NCBI GenBank assembly: GCA_963769825.1
Contig: CAVYNO010000019.1
Span: 29,852 to 93,851 of the forward strand
Origin: an uncultured Acidimicrobiales bacterium
Lineage (GTDB): Bacteria; Actinomycetota; Acidimicrobiia; Acidimicrobiales; RAAP-2
Reading direction: 5' to 3'
DNA: 64,000 bases
Every line of letters begins with the position of its first letter. The first letter of the stretch is position 1. Position numbers and translations under genes: made by a program. Shown piece after piece: positions 1-9,670 of this stretch. The notes below the pieces were generated by a model that had not been told where the DNA came from, searched no databases, and was given only the letters and a program-made list of their open reading frames with translations.

Positions 1-130
1 GGGTGCTGCTCCTACTGCGGGACGCCGCCGTCGAGGTCCAGCCGCGGGTCGGCGAGCTGGCTGGTTGAGGCAGGCGTCCGACCTGGACTCGACCGCACCC
101 TCACCGGCTCGGCGTCGGCACACTGGACGG

Positions 131-994
131 ATGCAGGACGTTGAGAACCTGGCCCCGATGGTGACGGAGCGGCTGGCCGCGGCCGGTTGCATCGCCGCCG
201 ACGAGGAGGCGGCTGAGCTCATGGCTGCCGCACCCGACGCCGCCGATCTCGAATCCTGGCTTTGCCGCCGCGAGCAGGGTGAACCGCTGGCTTGGATCAC
301 GGGCTCCGTCCGGTTCTGCGGTCACGAGATCCGCGTCGAGGCGGGCGTATTCGTGCCGAGGCCCCAGAGCGAGGAGTTGGCCCGGCGGGCAACTCGACTC
401 CTGGCCCTCGGACGCCCCGAGGACAGCGATCGAAGCGGTCGGATCGATCGGGGCGATCGAACCCTGCGGGCGGTCGACCTGTGCACCGGTACCGGCGCGG
501 TGGCTGTGCACCTCAAGTCCGTCCGACCCGATGCTGCGGTGATCGGCGTGGACGTGGATCCCCAGGCCGTCGCCTGCGCTCGGGCCAATGGCGTCCCGGC
601 CGTGCTGGCCGATCTGGCCGATCCGGTCGAGCTGGACCCACCGTTGCGGTCCGGCTGTTTCGACGTCGTGACCGCCGTGCCGCCCTACGTGCCGACCGGC
701 GAGCTTCACCTGCTGCCTGCCGACGTCCAGCGCTACGAGCCATGGCGCTCGCTCGACGGGGGTAGTGACGGCCTGGGAGTGGTGCGGCGGCTCGTGGCCT
801 CGGCCGCCGGCCTGCTCCGGCCCGGAGGCTGGCTGATGGTTGAGCTGGGCGCCGACCAGGACGTGGAATTGGCGCCGACGTTGGCCGCGTCGGGCTTCGC
901 CGTCGCAGACCGCTGGACCGACGACGAAGGCGACCTGCGCGGGATCGCCGCCCGGCTCGATGCGAGTCCCCCTGGAACGCCATCCGCTCGGTAG
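131..994 (+). CDS. HemK/PrmC-family protein N5-glutamine methyltransferase (possibly the actinobacterial PrmC-related subfamily)
   Basis: ORF 65..994. SAM-binding DLCTGTGAVAV motif and VPPY (NPPY-type) catalytic motif. GEPLAWITG..F.G..I.V..GVFVPRPQSE is typical of the family. ATG at 131 preferred over TTG at 65. Confidence 0.75.
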   Translation: MQDVENLAPMVTERLAAAGCIAADEEAAELMAAAPDAADLESWLCRREQGEPLAWITGSVRFCGHEIRVEAGVFVPRPQSEELARRATRLLALGRPEDSDRSGRIDRGDRTLRAVDLCTGTGAVAVHLKSVRPDAAVIGVDVDPQAVACARANGVPAVLADLADPVELDPPLRSGCFDVVTAVPPYVPTGELHLLPADVQRYEPWRSLDGGSDGLGVVRRLVASAAGLLRPGGWLMVELGADQDVELAPTLAASGFAVADRWTDDEGDLRGIAARLDASPPGTPSAR

Positions 995-1013
995 AGTCGA
1001 TCATCCGGCGAGC

Positions 1014-3011
1014 ATGCGAGGGCCCGTGATCAGACGTGTCATGTCAGTGGTGGCTTCTGGGGCGGGCAGCGTCCTCGCCGTGTCTCTGATGCTGGCAGCG
1101 GTAGGACCGCCTGGCCCGGCTGCCAATGCGGCGTCGCCTCGGGCTTCGACCGTTGCCGTCAGGCCGTCGTTGGTCGAGCCCACCACATGGACCACCGCTC
1201 CCACGCCCGCCACCGACCCGACCTCGTTCACCTTCCTCAACGGCGTTTCCTGCGTCGGCCCGGCGTTCTGCGTGGCGGCCGGCCAGACTCAGGTCAGTGG
1301 AAACGACGCCCCTCTCGTCGAGCGCTACAACGGGACCACGTGGTCGATCGTGCCCGTCCCGATGCCCTCGGGCGGGAACGGTGCCTACTTCACCGGCATC
1401 TCATGCACCGGGCCGGCGTTCTGCGCCGCCGTCGGTGTGCAGTTCCCAGGTGCCTTCCAGCAGAACTTCGCCGAGGTATGGAACGGGACGGTCTGGTCGA
1501 TCACTGCCACTCCCGACCGGTCGGCCACGGCCAACGGATCTCTTGCCGGCGTCTCCTGTGTGAGCGCCGCGTACTGCCTGGCCGTCGGAGGCGACGCCGC
1601 GTCCGGCGTCGACGAAACGGTAGTGCAGCGGTGGAACGGTTCCTCCTGGTCCTTGGTCGCCGACGCCCCTTCGTCCGCTCTGCATCCCGAGCTCAACAGC
1701 GTGTCGTGTCTGTCCACCTCGTTCTGCGTCGCCGTCGGCGCCAGCTTTGCCGGAACCGAGGTCCCCTTCACCGAGCTGTGGGACGGAATTTCGTGGACGA
1801 TCGCCAACACACCGGTCATTGCAGGTGCCACTCAGACATTGTTCTCGACGGTCAGCTGCACGCTCCCGACCATGTGCGAGGCTGCGGGCTACCAGGACAA
1901 CGGGAGCTCCAGCGGCAATCTCGTCGAGCTATGGCACGGCTCGGCCTGGACCGTGCAAGCGGCTCCCAACCCTTCGGCCCCCGGCCTGGGTTCGCCCGCC
2001 ACGATTGACTGCTTCGGCCCGACCTCCTGCGTTCTCGGCGGGCAGGCCAGCCAGGGACTCGGGAGCGGGCCGACCATGGTGCTCACCTACAACGGGGCGA
2101 CCTGGCGGCTGGGTAGCACACCCCAACCGGGCAATCAGAGCTCGCTCGCGGATTCCATCCACGGGGTGTCCTGTGCAGCCGGCTTCTTCTGCTTGGCGGT
2201 GGGCGAGGAGGCGGACGGCGCTGGGTTCCCCCAACCGATGGTGCTCACCAGCCCCATCACCCGACCCGGCTATGACGAGGTGGCGAGCGACGGCGGCATC
2301 TTCACCTTCGGGAGCACCGGGTTCTTCGGCTCGACGGGTGGGCTGACCCTCAACAAGCCGGTCGTGGGCATGGCTCAGACGCCGGACGGCGGTGGCTACT
2401 GGCTGGTGGCGAGCGACGGCGGCATCTTCACCTTCGGCGACGCCCGCTTCTACGGCTCGACCGGGGCCATCGCCCTCAACCGGCCCATCGTGGGCATGGC
2501 CGCCACCCCGAGCGGACGGTGGCTACTGGCTGGTGGCGACCGACGGCGGCATCTTCACCTTCGGCGACGCCAGCTTCTACGGCTCGACCGGCGCCATGCG
2601 GCTCAACCAGCCCATCGTCGGCATGGCGTCACGCCCGACGGCGGTGGCTACTGGCTGGTGGCCTCCGACGGCGGCATCTTCACCTTCGGCGACGCCAGCT
2701 TCTACGGCTCGACCGGCGCCATGCGGCTCAACCAGCCCATCGTCGGCATGGCCGCCACGCCCGACGGCGGTGGCTACTGGCTGGTGGCGAGCGACGGCGG
2801 CATCTTCACCTTCGGCGACGCCAGCTTCTACGGCTCGACCGGAGCCATGCGGCTCAACCAGCCCATCGTCGGCATGGCCGCCACGCCCGACGGCGGCGGC
2901 TACTGGCTGGTGGCGACCGACGGCGGCATCTTCACCTTCGGCGACGCCCACTTCTACGGATCGATGGGCGCCGTCCGGTTGAACAAGCCGGTGGTCGCCA
3001 TCGGGGCGTAG
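1014..3011 (+). CDS. Secreted double-repeat (putative double beta-propeller) protein. One repeat unit is out of frame as sequenced.
   Basis: ATG 1014 within ORF 840..3011 gives a signal-peptide-like N-terminus ([39 protein letters not shown]). Seven ~48-aa repeats each carry a Cys pair ([26 protein letters not shown] ...) and a WxGxxW motif. Six 42-aa repeats [42 protein letters not shown] follow. Confidence 0.7.
   Translation: MRGPVIRRVMSVVASGAGSVLAVSLMLAAVGPPGPAANAASPRASTVAVRPSLVEPTTWTTAPTPATDPTSFTFLNGVSCVGPAFCVAAGQTQVSGNDAPLVERYNGTTWSIVPVPMPSGGNGAYFTGISCTGPAFCAAVGVQFPGAFQQNFAEVWNGTVWSITATPDRSATANGSLAGVSCVSAAYCLAVGGDAASGVDETVVQRWNGSSWSLVADAPSSALHPELNSVSCLSTSFCVAVGASFAGTEVPFTELWDGISWTIANTPVIAGATQTLFSTVSCTLPTMCEAAGYQDNGSSSGNLVELWHGSAWTVQAAPNPSAPGLGSPATIDCFGPTSCVLGGQASQGLGSGPTMVLTYNGATWRLGSTPQPGNQSSLADSIHGVSCAAGFFCLAVGEEADGAGFPQPMVLTSPITRPGYDEVASDGGIFTFGSTGFFGSTGGLTLNKPVVGMAQTPDGGGYWLVASDGGIFTFGDARFYGSTGAIALNRPIVGMAATPSGRWLLAGGDRRRHLHLRRRQLLRLDRRHAAQPAHRRHGVTPDGGGYWLVASDGGIFTFGDASFYGSTGAMRLNQPIVGMAATPDGGGYWLVASDGGIFTFGDASFYGSTGAMRLNQPIVGMAATPDGGGYWLVATDGGIFTFGDAHFYGSMGAVRLNKPVVAIGA
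2268..3008 (+). repeat. Coding tandem repeat, 126-bp period, about 6 units, the central units nearly identical
   Basis: The string ggctactggctggtggc recurs at 2394, 2521, 2646, 2772 and 2898. Spacings are 127, 125, 126 and 126 nt. The 127/125 pair reflects a +1 then -1 indel. Confidence 0.85.
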
Positions 3012-3015
3012 CCGG

Positions 3016-3706
3016 TTGGACCGGACCCCGTCCCCAGGTGGGACTTCGGACCATGACGGTCCTCCGGGTGTCCCGGTGGCCGACCTGCGGAGAGTCGCCG
3101 AAGCCAACGACCGGTTCCTGGCAGCGACTGCCGGACTTTCGGATCTTGACATGGCCCGGGAATCGCTCCTACCCGGCTGGACGGTGGGCCATGTGCTCAC
3201 CCACGTGGCGAGGAACGCCGACAGCCATATACGGCGTGCCGAGGCCGCCATGCGCGGCGAGATCATCGACCAATACCCCGGCGGGTTCGAGGGACGGGCA
3301 GCCGAAATCGAGGAGGGCGCCACACGCACCGCCGTTGTCATCCTCGACGACCTCAGGAGGTCGTCCGTCGCGCTTGCCTCGATGTGGGGTGGCGTGTCCC
3401 CGGATGCCTGGGATGGCGTGTCCCGGGACGTCGGTGGCCGGGAGCGGCGGTTGTCCGCGTTGCCCGCCCGCAGGTGGCAGGAGCTCGAGGTGCATCTGGT
3501 CGACCTCGGGATCGGGGTGACGTTCCGCGATTGGCCGGACGCGTTCGTGGCCGTCTGGTTGCCGCGTCTGGAGGCGCACCTGTCGGATCGGCTCCCGACC
3601 GGCCACGATGGGTCCGGAACCGAGCGTGCTGTCCGACCGCGAGCAGCTGGCGTGGCTCTACGGGCGCCTGGTCCCTCCCGGCTTCCCCGAGCTCGCCCCG
3701 TGGTGA
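3016..3706 (+). CDS. Maleylpyruvate isomerase family, mycothiol-dependent (DinB-like) enzyme. C-terminus is displaced by an apparent frameshift near 3605.
   Basis: ORF 3016..3798 has the LLPGWTVGHVLTHVARNADS DinB-type N-terminus. The family-typical tail (PSVLSDREQLAWLYGRLVPPGFPELAPW*) is read in the +1 frame and stops at 3704-3706. Confidence 0.6.
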
Positions 3707-3720
3707 GTCCGACGCCTCGG

Positions 3721-3771
3721 TGTCCGAAACTCAACTGTCCGAACCTCAACTGTCCGAAGCTCAACTGTCCG
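3721..3771. repeat. 15-bp perfect tandem repeat TGTCCGAANCTCAAC, 3 full units plus a 6-nt partial
   Basis: Units at 3721-3735, 3736-3750 and 3751-3765 differ only at position 9 (a, c, g). Intergenic, about 80-130 bp upstream of the sulfatase start. Confidence 0.9.
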
Positions 3772-3847
3772 CCCCTCCGACCCGACGAGTCGGCTTGATT
3801 AGCATCGGCGCGCTCATGGGGAGCGAAATGAGTAGGAAGAGAGCCAG

Positions 3848-5384
3848 ATGGCGCATGACCCGGTGGTAGCGGAGACGACACGGCGACACGACAGCCTGGA
3901 GCCGAGTTTCATTCTCTCGCCGCAGGAGGAGCGGGCTGCCGCCGCGCTGGCTCGATTCCGCGGGAACGGCGACAAGCAACCAAATGTGTTGTTGATCCTG
4001 TTCGACGACGTCGGCTGGGGAGACTTCGGCTGCTACGGCGGGGGCGTGGCCGTGGGCGCGCCCACCCCCAACATCGACGCACTGGCCCGGCGGGGGTTGC
4101 TCCTCACCTCCTGCTATTCGGAGCCGTCCTGCACTCCGTCCAGGGCATCATTGATGACCGGTCGCCTCCCCATGCGCCATGGCCTGCTCCGCCCACCCAT
4201 GTACGGACAACCGGGTGGGCTGGAGGGGGAGATCACGCTGCCCGAGCTGCTGTCCGGCGCGGGGTACGTGACCCAAGCGGTCGGCAAGTGGCACATGGGC
4301 GAGAACGTGCAGTCGCAACCACAGAACGTCGGGTTCGACGACTTCTACGGGTTCCTCTCGGTCTCCGACATGTACACCGAATGGCGGGATCCCAACTTCT
4401 TCCCGGAGATCGTCTACAGCGAGGAACGCACCCGGTGGGTGGAGAACCTCCCGTTCAACAAGTGCTTCGTCCATGCCGTGCGAGGCGGCGAGACGGAGAA
4501 CGTCGAGGAGGTCACCATCCCGGTGCTCTCCCTGCTGGACGACAGATGGGCGACGTACTCGCTCGAGTTCATCCGGCGGATGGGCGAACCGGTCGGACGA
4601 AGCACGCCGCCCTTGGTTCCTCTACCACTGCACCCGTGGGGCCCATTTCGACAACTACCCCCACGAACGGTTCCTCGGCTCCTCTCCGGCCAAGCACCCC
4701 TACAAGGACACGATCATCGAGCTCGACGACATCGTCGGCCGGCTCGTGGCCGAGCTCGAGTCCACCGGCCAGATGGATGACACGCTCGTCTTCATCTCGT
4801 CCGACAACGGCCCTGAGATGGAGACGTGGCCCGACGCCGCCTACTCGCCGTTCCGGAGTGCCAAGGGGTCGACCTGGGAGGGGGGCCAGCGGGTGCCGGC
4901 CATCTTCAGCTGGCCCGGCATGGTCCCCGCTGACCGGGCCTCCGACGGTCTCTTCTCGCAGATGGACCTGTTCAACACCATCCTCACGCTGGCCGGCGCC
5001 GGCGCGGCTGTTCCCGAAGACCGGTTCATCGACGGTGTCGACCAGAGCTCGTTCCTGCTCGATCCCGACTCGTTCTCCAACCGGAAGTATCTGTACTACT
5101 GGCTGACCAATGTGTTCTCGGCCCTCCGAGTGGGCGAGTGGAAGTTCATGGTTGCCTCGACGTCCGATGACGACCGCGACTGTCTGAATCTGGGTGGGTT
5201 CACAGGTGTGACGCAGAAGTACTCGCATGGTCGTCTCTACAACCTCTATCTCGACCCGAAGGAGAGTCGCAGCTACATGATCCGCAAGCTGGCCTACATC
5301 GACAGCTTCACAAGCGGCATCGCCCGGCACTTGGGCACATTTGGTGCCTTCCCGCCGAAGCACCCCATCGCCGCCATGAGTTGA
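3848..5384 (+). CDS. Arylsulfatase-family (formylglycine-dependent) sulfatase, interrupted by a frameshift near 4590 (pseudogene as sequenced, or an indel error)
   Basis: ORF 3848..4780 has LLILFDDVGWGDFGCYGG and the C-T-P-S-R formylglycine motif (SCTPSRASLMTGR). ORF 4473..5384 in the next frame continues with PWFLYHCTRGAHFD...FISSDNGPE...STWEGGQRVPAIFSWPG. Confidence 0.8.
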
Positions 5385-5470
5385 TCCTGGTTCGCAGAGC
5401 GGTGAGCGAGTGGTGCCAGCGGGGTCGGCGGGAGCTCACCGGGACGAGGGCTTCGGTCGGACAACTGAAA

Positions 5471-5534
5471 ACGGAAAGTGACACGGAAAAGTGACACGGA
5501 AAAGTGACACGGAAAAGTGACACGGAGAAGTGAA
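5471..5534. repeat. 13-bp tandem repeat ACGGAAAAGTGAC, about 5 units
   Basis: Units at 5471-5482 (12 nt), 5483-5495, 5496-5508, 5509-5521 and 5522-5534 (two substitutions). Immediately upstream of the esterase lipoprotein start region. Confidence 0.9.
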
Positions 5535-5561
5535 CGCATGAGACGAAGGGGTAGGAAGCCG

Positions 5562-6654
5562 ATGATGTCTGAGCATGCCAGGATCGAACGTGCCGGCATT
5601 CAACGATCCGCCGTACCGCCCACCAGCACGGCCGGATGGGTGTTCGCCACCCTGACGGTGATGGCCGCCATGGTGCTGTCGGCCTGCGGCGGTCCGGCTT
5701 CGAGCTCTGGCCCTTCGACGACTCGTCGGGCCGAAGTCTCCACCACGTCGGTCTCACCGGCCGGCTCCGCGCCGGCTTCGCCGAGTGCTGGATGCGGGAC
5801 CTCCGCGAGTCCCGGCACTGTCACCCTCACCCCAGTCGTGGACGGGCGCAGTCGGACGGCAATCGTGCACGTACCGTCGGGTTACCAGTCCCGAACCCCG
5901 GTCGCCCTTGTCGTCAACATGCACGGCAGCCAGTCGACCGCGCAGCAGCAGGTCGGGTTCACCGGGATGGATGCCACCGCCGACGCCGACACCTTCATCG
6001 TCGTGTATCCGCAAGCCGACATCGCCGCCGGTGCCGGGTTCGAATGGAACATTCCTGGCCAGCCTCTCTTCGGTGGGGCAACGGTCCCGTCGACGGCACC
6101 GGACGACGTCTCGTTCATCGAGCATCTGGTGGCCAATCTCGAAGCGACGTACTGCATCGACCGGAATCGAGTCTTCGCCACCGGGTTCTCGGGCGGTGCC
6201 CGGATGGCCAGCCAACTCGGGTGCGATGCCTCAACGGTCTTCGCCGCCATCGCACCGGTGAGCGGGCTCCGGTTCCCAGTGCCGTGTGATTCCAGCCGGC
6301 CCATGCCGGTGCTCTCGTTCCACGGTACGGCTGATCCGGTCGATCCCTATAACGGCAACGGGCAGGCCTACTGGACTTACAGCGTCCCTTCGGCCGCGCA
6401 GCGCTGGGCCACCCACGACCAGTGCGGCTCGGGACCGGTGAAGTCCCAACCGGTAGCCGGGGTGATGCTCTCGGCGTTCAGCGGCTGTTCGGGCGGGGCG
6501 ACGGTGCAGCTCTACTCCATCAGCGGCGAAGGCCACGAATGGCCTGGCGGCCCGAGCCTGCCACCGGCCCTCACCGCGACGCTCGGGCCCTCAGAGCACG
6601 GCGATCAACGCGAATTCCACCATGTGGTCGTTCTTCGTGGCGCATCCGTTGTAG
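5562..6654 (+). CDS. PHB-depolymerase/LpqC-like esterase lipoprotein. The last ~20 codons are displaced by a frameshift near 6588.
   Basis: Part of ORF 5517..7322. Lipobox-like VLSACGG. Motifs NMHGSQ, GFSGGARMA (GxSxG) and SFHGTADP. The family-typical tail STAINANSTMWSFFVAHPL* is in another frame and stops at 6652-6654. Start could be ATG 5538, 5562 or 5565. Confidence 0.7.
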
Positions 6655-6704
6655 CGCCTGGCCAGGGCACGGCGCCGCCGCTCGGGCCCGGAGGCGTAGA
6701 GTCG

Positions 6705-7322
6705 GTGGGCGTGGTACACCTCAGCGGGGGCGAATGGGTGGTGGCCGGCATCATCGCTGTGGTCGGCTCGGTCATCGGATATCGCCTATCAGAGAACGAC
6801 CGTCGCACTCTCGGCAGGACACCCTGGGGGCTCCCGTCGCTGGTGTGGGCGCTGTTCTGGTTCCTCTCCTTGGTTCTGGGTCTGGTGCTCTACCTCATCG
6901 CCCACTCGAGCGAGGTGCGTCGCGCCCAGCACGGTTCGCCGGCCGCCTACCCGGGGGCGGGAAGGGCCGCCGTGGGCGGAGCGGCGGGACCACGGACCTT
7001 GAGCGTTGCCGACCAGTTCCCGGCCTATCCCCGGCCTGCGAATCTCCAGCCCGAGCGGGCCGAGCCGGAGGCAGTGGCTCGGCAAGAGGGCGAGCAAATC
7101 GAGTCAGTCGAGCAAAGCGGACAGGCCACGCCGGTAGGACCGCCACCGGCTCCCGGGTCGCCCCCAGCCCGGACCCTCTCGCCGCCTGCCTGGCACCCAG
7201 ATCCGAGCGGCAGGTTCCACTACCGATGGTGGGACGGCCACGAATGGACCTCGCAGGTCTCGATCGACGGACGCCACCTGATCGATACCAATCCCGACCA
7301 GCGCATCGGCCCATACCACTGA
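6705..7322 (+). CDS. Membrane protein with a C-terminal DUF2510-type motif
   Basis: Distal part of ORF 5517..7322. GGAGG at 6690-6694 precedes GTG 6705. Two hydrophobic segments are followed by WHPDPSGRFHYRWWDGHEWT, which I recall as the DUF2510 signature. Confidence 0.55.
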   Translation: MGVVHLSGGEWVVAGIIAVVGSVIGYRLSENDRRTLGRTPWGLPSLVWALFWFLSLVLGLVLYLIAHSSEVRRAQHGSPAAYPGAGRAAVGGAAGPRTLSVADQFPAYPRPANLQPERAEPEAVARQEGEQIESVEQSGQATPVGPPPAPGSPPARTLSPPAWHPDPSGRFHYRWWDGHEWTSQVSIDGRHLIDTNPDQRIGPYH

Positions 7323-7425
7323 GAGCACCGGTGCCGGTCGGGGAGCCCGGTTCCACCCGGATCCGATTGGTGCCGGACCGAGGCCATCTGGCCATGGATA
7401 TGACTGCCCCGAGGGAGGAACCGCG

Positions 7426-8697
7426 ATGACGCCCGCGGACGTCGACGATCTGGCCGACCTGACCGCACCCTTGGCCGACCCCGAGTTCTATGCTGGCGAT
7501 CCCTTCCCGCTCTATGCCCGGCTGCGGTCCGAGGCGCCCCTGGCGTACAACGAGTCGGTCGGCTTCTGGGTGGCCAGCCGGCACGCCGAGGTCGTGACCA
7601 TCTCCCGCGATCCCGAGACGTTCTGTTCGGGCCGGGGGATCATGGTGTTCGAGATCGGTAGCGAGTACGCCTCGCCGCCGACCATGATGCACACCGACCC
7701 GCCGGACCACACTCGTTACCGCGGCCTGGTGCAACCCGGGTTCCGGCCATCGTTCATGCGTGCGCTGGAGGACGGCGTGCGCCGACGCACCGTCGCCCTG
7801 GTGGACCGCATCGATCCGGGTGTGCCGTTCGACGTCGTCAGTGAGCTGACCGTGCCGCTGCCACTGCAGGTCATCAGCGACCTGCTCGGCGTCCCCGAGG
7901 AGGAGTGGCCGCGTTTCTTCCGCTGGTCCGAGGCGGTCATCCCCGGCGCCACCGATTGGCCCGAGGAGGAGCGGGCCGCCCTCAGCGGCGAAATGGTCGC
8001 CTACCTCCTGGCCGCGGCAGCCGATCGGCGGGCTAACCCGCGTGACGACATCATCTCGGAGCTCGGCGCGGCCGAGGTGGAGGGGGACAGACTGAGCGAT
8101 GACGAGCTGGCCATGTTCTTGGTGCAGTTGCTCGTGGCAGGGAACGAGACGACCCGGAACATGATGTCCGGTGGGCTTCTCGCCTTCGCCCATGACCCGG
8201 CGCAGTGGGCGACGCTGCGGCAGAAGGTGGGGGGCGGTGCGGCCGGTGACGGCGGCCCGGGTGGCGACGGCGGCGCGGGCGGGTCGGGCGGGCCCGGTCG
8301 GGTCATCCCCATCGCCGTGGAGGAGATGCTCCGGTGGACGACCCCTGTGGTGTCGTTCATGCGTACCACCACCCGACCGGTGCAGCTGGCCGGTCAACAG
8401 CTGGGGGCGGGTCAGCCGATTCTGATGCTCTATGCCTCGGCCAACCGGGACGAGGCGGTATTCGGTCCCACCGCCGAGCAGTTCGACGCATCCCGTGACC
8501 CCAATCCCCATGTCGCCTTCGGGTTCGGTCCCCACTTCTGCATCGGGGCGGTCCTCGCCCGGCTCGAGGGCCGGATCCTCCTCGAAGAGCTGCTCGGGCG
8601 GTTCGACTCGATCGAGGCGACCGGGCCCGTGGTACGCACCTCCTCGCCGGTCATCGCCGGCATCCGCTCCGCTCCGATGGTGTTCGGGGCGGGCTGA
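7426..8697 (+). CDS. Cytochrome P450
   Basis: ORF 7426..8697. AGNETTRN I-helix, EEMLRW (ExxR) and heme loop FGFGPHFCIGAVLA. RBS GAGGGAGGA lies upstream of the ATG. Confidence 0.9.
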   Translation: MTPADVDDLADLTAPLADPEFYAGDPFPLYARLRSEAPLAYNESVGFWVASRHAEVVTISRDPETFCSGRGIMVFEIGSEYASPPTMMHTDPPDHTRYRGLVQPGFRPSFMRALEDGVRRRTVALVDRIDPGVPFDVVSELTVPLPLQVISDLLGVPEEEWPRFFRWSEAVIPGATDWPEEERAALSGEMVAYLLAAAADRRANPRDDIISELGAAEVEGDRLSDDELAMFLVQLLVAGNETTRNMMSGGLLAFAHDPAQWATLRQKVGGGAAGDGGPGGDGGAGGSGGPGRVIPIAVEEMLRWTTPVVSFMRTTTRPVQLAGQQLGAGQPILMLYASANRDEAVFGPTAEQFDASRDPNPHVAFGFGPHFCIGAVLARLEGRILLEELLGRFDSIEATGPVVRTSSPVIAGIRSAPMVFGAG

Positions 8698-8726
8698 TCC
8701 GGACCCGGCTTGCAGCCGGCACTGGG

Positions 8727-9608
8727 TCAGGTGGCGTCGAGGGAGGCCAGCTGCTCGGCTGTCAGCTCGAGGGTTGCCGCCCGGCAGTTCTCCTCGACAT
8801 GAGCCACGGACTTGGTACCGGGAATCGGCAGCATGGACGGCGAACGGTGGAGCAGCCATGCCAGCGCCACCGCAGCCGGCGTAGCCCCGGTCTCCTTCAC
8901 GATGGCGTCGACCGGGCCGCCGGGGAGGGCCAGTTGCCCGGACGCAATCGGGTACCAGGGGATGAAACCCAGACCCTCCGCATCGCAGTGATCGAGGACG
9001 TCCTCGGAGGACCGGTCGTTGAGGTTGTAGAGGTTCTGCACGCTGGCGATGGGGACGTTGGCCCGCGCCGCCTCGATCTCCTCGATGCTCACCTGTGAGA
9101 GCCCCACCTGGTCGACCTTGCCTTCGGCGGTGAGGTCGGACAGGAGGCCGAACTGGTCCTCGGCTGGGACCTTCGGATCGATGCGGTGCAACTGGAACAG
9201 GTCGATCCGCTCGACGCCTAGACGCCGCAGGCTGAGCTCGCACTGCTGGCGCAGGTACTCGGGACGGCCGACCGGCATCCACCGCCCGGGGCCTTGGCGG
9301 GTCAGGCCGGCCTTGGTGGCGATGACCAGACCCTCGGGGTAGGGGTGGAGCGCCTCGAAGATGATCTCTTCGCTGACCTCGGGTCCGTACGAGTCGGCGG
9401 TGTCGATCAGGTCGACGCCGAGGTCGACGGCACGCCGCAACACGGCCACGCATTCCCGGCGGTCGGCCGGCTCACCCCAGACACCCTGGCCGGTCAGTTG
9501 CATGGCCCCGAAGCCGAGCCGGTGCACCTCCAAGTCGCCCAAGCGGAACGTGCCGCTGGCCAGCACCGGGCGGCTGGAGCGGTCGGTCGTCGTCGATGTC
9601 GTGGCCAT
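8727..9608 (-). CDS. Aldo/keto reductase
   Basis: ORF 8727..9608. [18 protein letters not shown] and the overall AKR pattern. Confidence 0.88.
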   Translation of the reverse strand: MATTSTTTDRSSRPVLASGTFRLGDLEVHRLGFGAMQLTGQGVWGEPADRRECVAVLRRAVDLGVDLIDTADSYGPEVSEEIIFEALHPYPEGLVIATKAGLTRQGPGRWMPVGRPEYLRQQCELSLRRLGVERIDLFQLHRIDPKVPAEDQFGLLSDLTAEGKVDQVGLSQVSIEEIEAARANVPIASVQNLYNLNDRSSEDVLDHCDAEGLGFIPWYPIASGQLALPGGPVDAIVKETGATPAAVALAWLLHRSPSMLPIPGTKSVAHVEENCRAATLELTAEQLASLDAT

Positions 9609-9670
9609 GGTGCCTCCTCGGGAGGGTGGATGGGTCCTGTTCTACCCGGCACGCCGCCGCGACCCGGTCG

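Noticed and set aside
2577-3881. 434-aa minus-strand ORF, plus many overlapping ORFs across the repeat region
   Set aside because: It is antisense to the repeat protein and the DinB-type gene. Its open frame is a by-product of the GC-rich repeats.
3721-5534. Whether the short tandem arrays (3721, 5471, 33254, 58755) could be CRISPR arrays
   Set aside because: The units are contiguous with no spacers and are only 8-16 bp long. No cas genes are present. They are microsatellite/VNTR-type repeats.
6895-9453. 852-aa ORF on the minus strand, the longest in this part of the window
   Set aside because: It runs antisense to a well-supported P450 (heme loop, ExxR) and overlaps the AKR gene out of frame. 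Its composition is dominated by Arg, Pro and Gly with no recognisable motif. This is the usual shadow ORF of high-GC DNA.
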